Assembly (NCBI GenBank): GCA_951406725.2
Contig: OX597841.1
Coordinates: forward strand, 2,356,001-2,420,000
DNA length: 64,000 nt
Origin: Octopus vulgaris
Taxonomy: Eukaryota
Reading direction: 5' to 3'
Translations under genes and position numbers: made by a program
Shown here: one piece after another, positions 53,256 to 64,000 of the stretch
Layout: the number at the start of each line of letters is the position of its first letter
How positions within the stretch are numbered: the first letter of the stretch is position 1
The notes under the pieces: generated by a model
What the model saw: only the letters and a program-made list of their open reading frames with translations
What the model was told of the DNA's origin: nothing
The model's database searches: none

Positions 53256-54041
53256 TGCAGCAGGTCCTTGACTTTCTTACAGAAAACAACTTCCAGGCTG
53301 GGTTCTAAAAGTGACAGGAACGTTGGGGCTGGTGTATTGTTGCACAAAGTGACTATTTTGAAGGAGATGATGCTAGAAACTTAGGTAAATCAGTTATTTT
53401 TTTATGAAACGTAACTAGTGCAGGAACCTTTTGATACCACCTCATATATAACAGTAAATATGTGAGAATAAAGTGGTTTACTTTCAAAGTTTTTATCCTT
53501 GAGTCCAGAGGAAATCAGTTCCCATGAGCGTTTACAAGGCCTCTGAGGCTGATGGGAGGGAAGGAGGGAGATATCCTCAAAACAGAAACCTGATCTGAAT
53601 GCTTGCAACAGAGTAGACTCTGCTAATGGCACCCAAGGCCAGAGGACTGCACCAAGCTCTGCTTTCACAGGATTTCTGTGACTGGATGCCTTTCCTAAGG
53701 TGAACCACTCCACAGAGTGTACTGGGTGCCTTTTATGTGGCACTAGCACCAGTATCAATTCTGCTGTGGTGGATGGATCAACAAGAGCCTTGGGTGAATT
53801 TGGCAAATGGAAAATGAAAGAAGCTTGTCATTTATAAATCTGCTTGAGAAGACCTCTCAAGCCAAGTGGAATTGTAGTTGTGGCCAATGCCGGTGTCGTG
53901 TAACTGGTACTTGTGCCAGGGATACATAAAAAGCACCTTTCGAACTTTGGGCTTCACAGAGGCAGTGACAAGACCTTTGCTAACAGAGCATACTTGAGAA
54001 AACCTGTCAAGCCAAGTGAGATCCTAGTTGTGGTTGATGCA

Positions 54042-56699
54042 CAGTGCTGCCAATGACTGTACGTTCGTACAAAACTGTACGTTTTGGCCAAAATTTTGAT
54101 GTGCTGTTCGTTCAGGTGAATTTGCTGTATGCTTTAGTGATCTTGGCATTGGTTTTTAGAATTCAGGCTTTGACCGATTGATTGTTTTACATGTGCGTTT
54201 GTGAGCTTAATAAAAATAAAAGTACGTCTAGTCCGCTTTCGCAAACACGTCTGCATGGACACACGCATTGACTAATGAGGTCAAGGGTGTCTGTAATTTT
54301 GGGTGAATGTATATACGTTGTTTACCAAACCGTAGCTGTCATAACACAAGTTTTCTCACAGGCTGAAGATGAGATTGTTTTTTTGAAAATTTGATAAATT
54401 AGACTCAATTTTACAGCACTTATTTATACAAATCCACCGTATCTGTCTGAACCTGGATTTTAAATGGTATGTAATGTGTTTAATAATTTGATTAATTCAA
54501 ATAGACCTTACAGATCTATTAACTGGAGCAAGAGATGAGTGATAGAACTTTGAAAACAGAACATTCCTCAGATAATGAACGTGAAGGCTAGATGGGCATC
54601 GTATGAAAGGAAACTTCTGCAAAAATTATTGTGTGATGAAAAATTTTCTAGTTGGTTGGAGCGAGGCAAGAATGATACAGCTAAAGGCAAATGCATATTA
54701 TGCAAGCATGAAATTGCAGGTAGTTTGAGCCAAATTTTACGACACGAACAGAGAGAAAAACAAAGCAAGAATGCAAAGGAAGCAAAAAAGTCGACCAATT
54801 ATTTTGAGGCCTCATCAATTTCTTCCCATTCCAAGAAAGTAGCAGCTGCTGAATTAAAATATTGTGCATTTGTCGCTGAGCATATTCTCCCAATTTCTAT
54901 TTTGGACCACTTACCTGGCCTTGTTGTAAACACCTGTCCTGATTCTAAAATTGCCCAGGATGCAAAGTGTGCCTGAATGAAAGGTACATAAATCTTTCTT
55001 AAAGCCATTGGCCCCTACGGATACAACGCTTTATTAAAAAAACTTCATTCATTAAAATTGTCACTCGTTATTGATGAAACAACTGATGTTTCAACTCTAA
55101 AAGCAACTTGTCCTGGTTTCCAGATATTAAGATGTTGAAATTCAAAAGACAGTCAACGATTTTCTTACACTTATAGAAATACAGGATTGCAGTGCTACGG
55201 GTATATACAGCTGTCTTCTATCATTTTGAAACAAACAAGCTATTCCTCTGGAAAATTTGATAGGTTTTGCCTGTGATAATGCAAATGTTATGATGGGAAG
55301 CAAAGGAGGCGTTCGGCACTTGTTGAAGCAGAACAGGGCAGATCTTTTCGTGCGAGCCTGTGTCTGTCATTCTTTACACTTGTGTTCATCAAACACGTGC
55401 AATGAATTACCGAATTCTGTCGAAGAATTGACAAGCATACTTTAGTCACAGTCCCTAAGCGTATCAATGAATTCAAAGATCTGCAGAAAATAGCTTCAAT
55501 TGATCCTCACAAAGTCCTGCATGCAAGTTGCACTAGATGGCTGTCTCCCAAGAAAGTTGCGCAGTGCATTTTAGAGCAGTGGCCAACACTGCCGGCATAT
55601 TTCGCACAAGTAACATTAGAGGGTGGGTGTCCAATTACGGCTCGACGAATTCTCACTGAAATGAAGAATCCTCTTACAAATATGTATTTAGCATTCCTCT
55701 CATTCATTTTAAATGACGTTAACAAACTAAATCTGGAATTCCAGGCCGAAAGCTATCAGATGCATAAGCTTAAAAGAGCCATCAACGCTGGAATGAAGGG
55801 AATTTTGAGCAATTTCATCAGACCTGACTTACTTTCTGTCATCAATATGTGTGAGATTAATGTCAACGATGCAACGACACCCCAACCATTAGATTGTATC
55901 TACTTTGGCACTGGAGCTCAGAGAATTTTATACAAAAATGCTACCACCATTGCCCTTGACGAATTGTTGACACCGACAGGATATACGATTCTTTTTTCAA
56001 ATCAAAGGTCATATAACGAAGCAGAAAAATTTTGGTTTGCTGTTTCACAAGAGAAATGTGGTGATGAGTACCGCTACCCCCTGTTGCCATTCTTTATGCT
56101 CAGTCTTCTTTCTTTACCAGACTCCTCTGCATCGTCAGAAAGAATTTTCGCTGTTTTCCACAATATCAAAACTAAAAGTCAAAATCACTTGAAAACTTTG
56201 TCGCTTATTCCTTTAGTGTTTGCATTATTCTGCCAAAATTAATCCTTTTTTACCCACATTGTTTTGAACTAATCATGCATTATCTTGTAACTATGAGATT
56301 TTGAAGAGGTAGCTGCTAATTTTTAAAACGATATTGTAGGGTTGGTGTGAGACCAGATCTGGCCACTTTGAACATAAAACAGGCAGAATACTTTTGGCCA
56401 GATATGGCCGGTTTAAATGCTAAAGGGTTAATGCTCTTTTGAGGTCAAAAACTTTGTTACAAAATACCGATTGTACGATGTGGGAGACGGATGAACAACT
56501 TTGTAAAACATTATTTTTAAAAAATTGATACAACAGAGAAACTCCTCACGAAGACGATTTTTCTTTTTGATGTCCAAACATTCAACGTTTCAATAAATGT
56601 TTTCCAAATCAAAAAAAATGTATAAAAAGTTCGTTTTGACTGTATTTGGGGGCTTCAGTAAAATTCTGTACGTTTTGAAAAAAACCTTTGGCAGCGCTG
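54042..56699 (+). mobile_element. hAT DNA transposon with decayed transposase
   Basis: TIRs CAGTGCTGCCAA / TTGGCAGCGCTG; degenerate 8-bp TSD TTGATGCA / TCGATGCC; BED-like W..CxxC..H, DETTD, CDNANVM, CxCHSLHL, TRW and SSASSERIF motifs across broken frames (about 54535-56242). Confidence 0.88.
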
Positions 56700-57230
56700 T
56701 CGATGCCAGAGTTTCATAATTGGCAGGTAAAAAGTACCCATTATACTCTGGGAGTGGTTGGCATTAAGAAAAGCATCCAGCTGTAGAAACCATGCCAAGA
56801 TAGACTGGAACCTGGTGCAGCTCCCCAGTTTTCAAACTGTCCAACCCATGCCAGCATGGAAAATAGACATTAAATGATGATATGTGTGTTTGCTTACATT
56901 CGTGCTCTATGGCAGTCACTATATGTGATGTTCTTGTCACCTGTCAACAACTTGAGGGCTTATTTGGTACCTTTCTAGGCTTGTTAAATAAAAGATCTCT
57001 TCCTTGAAAAACAGTTAATGATTAGTAACAAGAACAGCATTCAGGTGTAAAACAAAGCATTAATATGTTTATTTAACCCAGGTAAGCAGAAAGAAAATCA
57101 AAATAAAATGAAATGGATAGTTACACTTTGGTAGGAATACATGTATGTGCCGTCGTGTGTTTTGAGAGAATGATTTACCATGTGCTTATTTATGTAGCTT
57201 CTCTCCTGTACAAATGCATTTATGTGTTGT

Positions 57231-58787
57231 TCAGATTGTGATGGGTTTCTCTCCTGTATGAATACACTTATGTTTTGCTAAGGCACCATTTTGAGTGAAT
57301 GATTTACCACAAATGTCACAGTGATATGGTTTATGCCCTGTGTGTGTATGTTTGTGAGTAATTAAGTTACCTTTCTTAGAAAATGATTTATCACAGACAT
57401 CACATTGAAATGGTTTATCCCCTGTATGAATGTGCTTGTGATTGGTTAAGTGGTGATTTAGAGAGAATGATTTGCCACAGATATCACATTGATATGGTTT
57501 CTCACCTGTATGGATGTGTTTGTGTGTAATTAAGGTACTTTTCTGAGAGAATGATTTACTGCAGATATCACAGTGATATGGTTTATCTCCTGTATGAATG
57601 TGTTTGTGGGCAGTTAAGTGCTGATTTAGAGAGAAGGATTTACCACAGATATCACATTGATATGGTTTATCTCCTGTATGAACAAGTTTGTGTGTAGTTA
57701 AGCTACCTTTCTGAGAGAATGATTTACCACAGATATCACAGTGATATGGCTTCTCTCCTGTATGAATTCGTTTATGAGTAGTTAAGTTATCACTTTTATA
57801 GAAAGATTTACCACAGATATCACAGTAATATCGTTTGTCATTTGAATGAATGAGTTTGTGAGAAGATAAGTTATATATTTGAGAGAATGATTTACCACAG
57901 ATATCACAGTGATATGGTTTCTCTGCTATATGAATGTGTTTGTGTAATGTTAAGTTACTTTTCTTAGAGAATGATTTACCACAGATATCACAGTGATATG
58001 GTTTTGGCTTGCCTCCTGTATGAGTGTATTTGTGTGTTGTTAAGTTACTCTTCTGAGAGAATGATTTACCACAGATATCACAGCAGTGGGGTCTAGGATT
58101 ATGTCCTGTATGAATGTATAAGTGTGTAGTCAAATTACTTTTCTGAGAGAATGATTTGCCACAGATATCACAGTGGTGTGGTTTTGCATTCTGTCCTGTA
58201 TGAATGTATAAGTGTGTAGTTAAGTTACTTTTCTGAGAGAATGATTTGCCACAAACATCACAATGATATGGCTTCTCTCCTGTATGAATACGTTTGTGTC
58301 TATTTAAGTCATCATTTTGAGAGAATGATTTACCACAGATATCACAGTGATATGGCTTCTCCCCTGTATGAATACGCTTGTGAGTAATTAAATTATATAC
58401 TTGAGAGAAGGATTTACCACAGATATCACAGTCATATGGTTTCTCTCCAGTATGAATACGTTTGTGTGTAGTTAAGTTACTTTTCTGAAAGAATGATTTA
58501 CCACAGATATCACAGTGATATGTCCTTTTTTGTGTATGAATACGTTTGTGTTTAGACAATTGATTACTTCGAGAGAATGATTTACCACAGATCGCACAGT
58601 GATATGGTTTCTTCCCTGTGTGAGTATGTTCATGAGCAGTTTGCTTACTTTTTAGAGTGAACGACTTCTTACAGATGTCACAGTAGTATGATGTTTTACC
58701 AACATCTTTTGATATCTCATCAATAAATCGAATCATTCTAGACTGTGTTTCCGATTTAACATTGTCCTCCCACAATTCAATTTCCAT
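57231..58787 (-). CDS. Tandem C2H2 zinc-finger protein (17 fingers), more divergent paralog
   Basis: Finger ORF; first ATG (MEIELW) at 58787; homologous splice acceptor at 59132-59133. Confidence 0.9.
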   Translation of the reverse strand: MEIELWEDNVKSETQSRMIRFIDEISKDVGKTSYYCDICKKSFTLKSKQTAHEHTHTGKKPYHCAICGKSFSRSNQLSKHKRIHTQKRTYHCDICGKSFFQKSNLTTHKRIHTGEKPYDCDICGKSFSQVYNLITHKRIHTGEKPYHCDICGKSFSQNDDLNRHKRIHTGEKPYHCDVCGKSFSQKSNLTTHLYIHTGQNAKPHHCDICGKSFSQKSNLTTHLYIHTGHNPRPHCCDICGKSFSQKSNLTTHKYTHTGGKPKPYHCDICGKSFSKKSNLTLHKHIHIAEKPYHCDICGKSFSQIYNLSSHKLIHSNDKRYYCDICGKSFYKSDNLTTHKRIHTGEKPYHCDICGKSFSQKGSLTTHKLVHTGDKPYQCDICGKSFSLNQHLTAHKHIHTGDKPYHCDICSKSFSQKSTLITHKHIHTGEKPYQCDICGKSFSLNHHLTNHKHIHTGDKPFQCDVCDKSFSKKGNLITHKHTHTGHKPYHCDICGKSFTQNGALAKHKCIHTGEKPITI

Positions 58788-60871
58788 ATCTTTTCTTGTT
58801 TCAACACAAGATGCAGAGGCTATTCTTCTTTTTAATTTTAATTTTCTTATTCTCAGCAAATACTTCCACTGCTACATCAACCATGATCTTAGTCAATATC
58901 TGAAGATACTGCAAACTCATTTGCAATCAAGTTTAATTACAATGTAAAAATCATCTTGTAACATTTTGCAGACTGCAAAAATTTTGCTAAGTCAGAGGAA
59001 ATATTTCCCAGTAACAAATACAGTTGTTTTACTTCAGCATCACATTTTCCATTAATTTTAGCAGATGATAAATAATGATGATCTATTCAAGGTGAAGAAG
59101 ATATTCTTGAATTCCAATGTCAAATGATAATCTGAAATAACAGAGAGACAGTATAAGCCATAGAAGATACTTAGAAATTAAGATTCAACATTTTTCTATG
59201 TTTTATGTTTTACTAGATTCAATCTAGTAAATTATGGCTGCAGCCATGCTGGAGCACCACCTTGAAGAAATGTTTTAGTCAAATGTATTGACCCCCGTAC
59301 TTAGTTTTTTAAAGCTTGGTACTTATTCTATCTCTTTTATGTCAAACCTCTAATTTACAGGAATGTAAACAAACCAGCACCAGTTGTGTCAAACATGTTG
59401 GTGGTGGTGGTGGGTAGACAAACACAGACACAAAAACACACAATCATCATCAGTGTTTAACATCCATTTTCCATGCTGGCATGGGTTGGATGGTTTGACA
59501 TGGAACTGGCCAGCAGGGGTCAGCTGTCCAGACTCCAGACCTCTGATTGTGCCATGGATGCCCTTTCCAACACCAACCACTTCACAGAGTACGCTCGATG
59601 TTTTTTTTCTTTTATGTGCCACCAACAGAGGTGCGTTTATGCACCACTAGCACAGGTGCATATTACTTGGCTCTTCTACCTGCAAAGGACAAGCCTGTAT
59701 GTATGGATGACTGCGATTTTACTTAGCTTGATGCACCTTCTCAAGTAAAGCAAATCATCACAACACCTTGTCCCTTGTCATTTCCTCAGTGAGGCCCAGC
59801 ATCTGAAGATCCTTCCTCACCACTTCCAGGGTCTACCCCTTCTGCAGGTTCCCACCACAATTAGAGCTCAGCACTTCTTCACACGGCAGCTGCATGGGCT
59901 TCTCCCAGCTTCTGCCAAACAAATCCACTCACAAGGCTTTGGTTGGTCCAAGGCTATAGGAGAAGACACTTGCCCAGGGTTGCAGGCTGAACACCAAACA
60001 TGAATCAGCATAGGATAAAAAGTTACCTTCTGGGGCACAAGTCTGGGCAAGGTTGTTTTATGAAAAACCAGCAGTCACCTAGGCATATCAGCTTACCCTC
60101 TCTACGCCACCGATGTTATCCAAGAGAAAGGCAAAGGGGCCGATACAGCTTGGCACCAGTGACATCACAACTCATTTCTACAGCTACGTTAAATGATGAT
60201 GATGATGATGATGAGTGAACTGCAGCAACAGGAAATAAAATGTCTTGCTCAAGAACACAACACACTGCCCAGACTAGAAATTGAACTCACTACCTCATGA
60301 TTGTGAGCCCAACACTCTAACCATTGAACCATGCACTTCCACTTACCATAGCTGTACTTTTAAATATGTTATCAAAATTACATCATACAACTTTTATGTG
60401 AGGTCTATGTACTTACTGACCTTCACATTGTGTAAAATGTTTGTGTTAAAGTACAAAATAGTGGACAGTAACATTCTTCTTTCTCCAGAAATGTCATTCA
60501 TCATTGCTTGGTTGTCGCTGTTGTCCAAGATCTCAAGTGACTTTGGAATTGTTGAAACTATTGTTTAACTGACACTCCATCGCTTACGATGACGAGGGTT
60601 CCAGTTGATCCGATCAACAGAACAGCTTGCTCACGAGAATAATGCGCAAGTGGCTGAGTACTCCATAGACATGCATACCCCTTCACATACTTCTCAGGGA
60701 GATTCAGCATGACACAGTGTGACAAGGCTGGCCCCTTTACCAGCTGAGTGAACTGGAGCCCCATGAAATAAAGTGTCTTGCTCAATATGTATATATAAAT
60801 AATCATCAAAGTTGGGAGGTAAGACCAGGTAGTTATAAAGTAATGGTGTAACTAGGAACTTTCTCTTAAAC

Positions 60872-60976
60872 TCCCTGATGAAGCTGTTTTACTAAATAGA
60901 TTGTATTGATTAATCATTTTATTATATAATTATAAGTGGATATGCTCTTGGTACATCAGTTGAAACATATGTCGGA
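60872..60976 (+). ncRNA. Minimal type I hammerhead ribozyme-like motif with long loop 2
   Basis: tcc-CTGATGA-agctg...cagtt-GAAA-catatg-TC-gga; palindromic helix III. Confidence 0.55.
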
Positions 60977-61609
60977 TATTTCATTTATTAATCTCTCTAT
61001 TTTATGGATCTTATAGATATAAAAATGGATAATATACCACTTCCCATTGTTAACTTTGTTTTATATATGTGTGTGTGCATGAGCTCGTATATGTGCATGT
61101 GTGTGTGTGTATATATACATACACACACACACACGCACAAAGAGTGTCAGGGAATTTGAGAAGACTCAATGGTACAAGTACTAAGGAGAGGCCAATTCCT
61201 CTTTGCAAAGACAGAGGAAAACTGTTCCATTGGTGTATAGTTTCACTTAACACAGTTAAAATTTCTTACAAACATGGCATGCTTTGGTTGGTCTCTGATA
61301 AGAAAAACTTAGATTAAGGTCAAAAGACCGAAAGTCTTAACAAGGAGAAATGACAGGTTCTTCTGATGTCCACAGAGTGATAGACGTTAAGTTTCTAGCA
61401 ACAGTGTTTAGTTGTAGTGAGTAATGAAGGTCATGTCATATCACCTCACATCTTTCCACAGGGTCTTAGAATTAATACTGCAGGATACATCTTGGTGTTG
61501 GATGGACAAAGTATGCAGTGGAATGCTATACATGTTTAACCAATACTCAGTGCCTTCTTACAAAGCCCGCATAACCCAAGAGTGGATATCAGACCATCTT
61601 TACAATAAT

Positions 61610-62440
61610 TTAACATCAACTGTTTGTTGCATATATTAATGACATAGATGCCAACTTGAAGAATGTTACAGTATTGAAATAGGCAGATGACATCAAGCTG
61701 TACCTTGAGATAAAAAGAACAGATCCTATATGCGAGAGAGCTTACCTGCAATTAGACCTGAATGCAATGCAGCAATGGATTACTGACGGGCAACTCTGTG
61801 GACAGGTGCACCGCCATGCACTTTGGGAGGAAAAACCCATCTTAAGAGGTTTGTTGGTGAACGTGATCTGGGTATTATTGTAAACAGCGATCTGCGTTGG
61901 ACAAACCACATCCCTAAAATTGTCAAGATGTCTGAGGGTGTCTTAGCATCACTCAGTAAGACCTTTGTCCACTACTCTCCAGCTGCCTGTTTAAAACTGT
62001 ATACGACTATGGCCTGTCCAGGGTTTGCATCACCAGTCTGGAAATCCTATCTTGCTCAGCATATCATTCTCCTGGGAACTGTTCAGAAACCTGCAAACCA
62101 ACAGATGTCTGATGTCAGGTATCTACCATACCCTGAACGTCTTGCTTCTCTGAGCATGGACATATTAAAGTTTAGGCGTCTGGCAACTGGGTTGGCAGAT
62201 ATCCACAAGATTATCCACCATCTCTCCAACAACCTTGGGCACTTTTTTGAAATTCAAGTCCAGCTCTCATGAGTAAGCTTACAAAATCACTCAGCAACAC
62301 AATACCCATGACTTTTGGAAACATATTTTCACACTCAAAATTGCTGAAGCATGGAATAAACTATCCAAATCAGTTGTTAGCTGTCGACACACTACAATCC
62401 TTCCAAATTTCCATGCTTCCTAAAATTCACCAACTGCAGA
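61610..62440 (+). mobile_element. Decayed CR1-like LINE RT fragment
   Basis: ERDLGIIV, YPERLASLSMD..RRL and AEAWNKL remnants. Confidence 0.75.
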
Positions 62441-62464
62441 CCTAATACTATTTACTATTTTACT

Positions 62465-62849
62465 ATTTTACTTGTTTCAGTCATGTGACTGCGGCCATGC
62501 TGGAGCACCGCCTTTAGTCGAGCAAATCGACCCCGGGACTTATTCTTTGTAAGCCCAGTACTTATTCTATCGGTCTGTTTTTTGCCAAACCGCTAAGTGA
62601 CGGGGACGTAAACACACCAGCATCAGTTGTCAAGCAATGCTAGGGGGACAAACACAGACACACACACATATATATATACATATATACGACAGGCTTCTTT
62701 CAGTTTCCGTCTACCAAATCCACTCACAAGGCATTGGTCAGCCCGGGGCTATAGCAGAAGACACTTGCCCAAGATGCCATGCAGTGGGACTGAACCTGGA
62801 ACCATGTGGTTGGTTAGCAAGCTACTTACCACACAGCCACTCCTGCGCC
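62465..62849 (-). mobile_element. SINE family A
   Basis: Full similarity to 8062-8475. Confidence 0.85.
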
Positions 62850-63348
62850 TAATGCCACCACTTCTTTTTTTTTTTTGTAGTGTACACGAGACGTATATAT
62901 AACAATTTCATTATTATTATTATTATTTTTTAAATTCTGGCTGTCAAACTTGTCAGACTTAAACCCAATGGACAACTATAGGTACTCATCGCGTAGACTG
63001 GACCCGGTGCACGCAGACGCGCAAGCCAGTCGTAGCCCGTCGATCCTACAGCGACTTGCGTATGCAAATGAGCTGATTGGCGCAACACTGCAAAAACTAA
63101 GTTAATAGCGAGCCCCTACTGGAGCTTAGGAAATATTTTTCAACGATATACGGTGTATATTATTTTAAAGACAAATGCGTTTTTTTTTTCGTTACAAAAC
63201 AATTAGAAGCATTGAAAAACATTTCTTTTTTCAAAGTAGACCCCTACAGGCGAAAATTCACTTGTGTTTCCTTTGAATAGTATATTTGGAGCATTGAAAG
63301 CAAAACTAATAAGTAACCTTACAATACTATAGTTTCACTGAAGGTTGC

Positions 63349-63541
63349 GGTACTACTAGCGAACAGTGGTCCCGGTGCGTGCCAGTTAGTCATGACTAGT
63401 CGATCCTTACTTTGTGTAAAAAATTATTTATTTTGTGTTTTATTTACATTGCTAGGTAGTCGTTGTAGGATCGACTACTCACGACTAGCTGGCACGGATG
63501 CGCGACTGCGCGCACCGGGACCACTGTTCGCTAGTAGTACC
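63349..63541. mobile_element. 193-bp MITE, Merlin-like
   Basis: Perfect 31-bp TIR GGTACTACTAGCGAACAGTGGTCCCGGTGCG; 9-bp TSD GAAGGTTGC (63340-63348, 63542-63550). Confidence 0.85.
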
Positions 63542-63707
63542 GAAGGTTGCTATTGTCCAGACAATGTCCAAAATAGACATTATCTGGATAATGTAAATCA
63601 ACCAACTTTAGAAATACGGTCTGTTCCCTCAATACAGAGGACAGCGCAATCCAGGATTTCGGAAAAATTGATAATAGAACTGGTACTGTCTACCGTTAGA
63701 CGATGAT

Positions 63708-63745
<38 letters not shown>

Positions 63746-63748
<3 letters not shown>

Positions 63749-63861
63749 CAACGAATTGCCTCACCACACACCGAATTTAGAAATAGCAGTCAAAGAGTTA
63801 TAGCTATAACTCTTTGACTGCTATTTCTAAATTCGGTGTGTGGTGAGGCAATTCGTTGCTA
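63746..63861. repeat. Perfect 116-bp palindrome with no spacer
   Basis: Arms are exact reverse complements around TTATAG|CTATAA. Confidence 0.95.
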
Positions 63862-64000
63862 AACCCTTAATTGCTTAGTATTACTTAAATTTTCCTCGAA
63901 TGAGGCTTTTACATGCCGAAATCTACTTGGTGTAATTAATAATTATTCCAAATTAATTAATTTCACCCTTTATTGTTACTTATATATATATATATATATA

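Overview
AT-rich animal genomic DNA. The intronless tandem C2H2 zinc-finger (ZNF) cluster and the SINE content suggest a coleoid cephalopod, probably Octopus (inference). The window holds seven KRAB-less poly-C2H2 ZNF genes with 12-26 fingers, plus decayed finger tails. Three genes sit in a recent ~7.9 kb unit that occurs as a tandem and an inverted duplicate. Six genes share one architecture: NRF1-like GCGCAYGCG box, short non-coding exon 1, an intron carrying a gene-oriented 52-bp element (about 1, 7, 8, 12, 15 and 34 copies), a conserved acceptor, and a single coding exon. Mobile DNA includes a full-length but inactivated GC-rich Helitron (44188-50340), a decayed hAT transposon, a Merlin-like MITE, a foldback element, CR1 and RTE LINE fragments, several SINE families, and Penelope-like remnants with minimal hammerhead ribozyme motifs. 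All calls and coordinates come from reading the sequence by eye; no searches were run.
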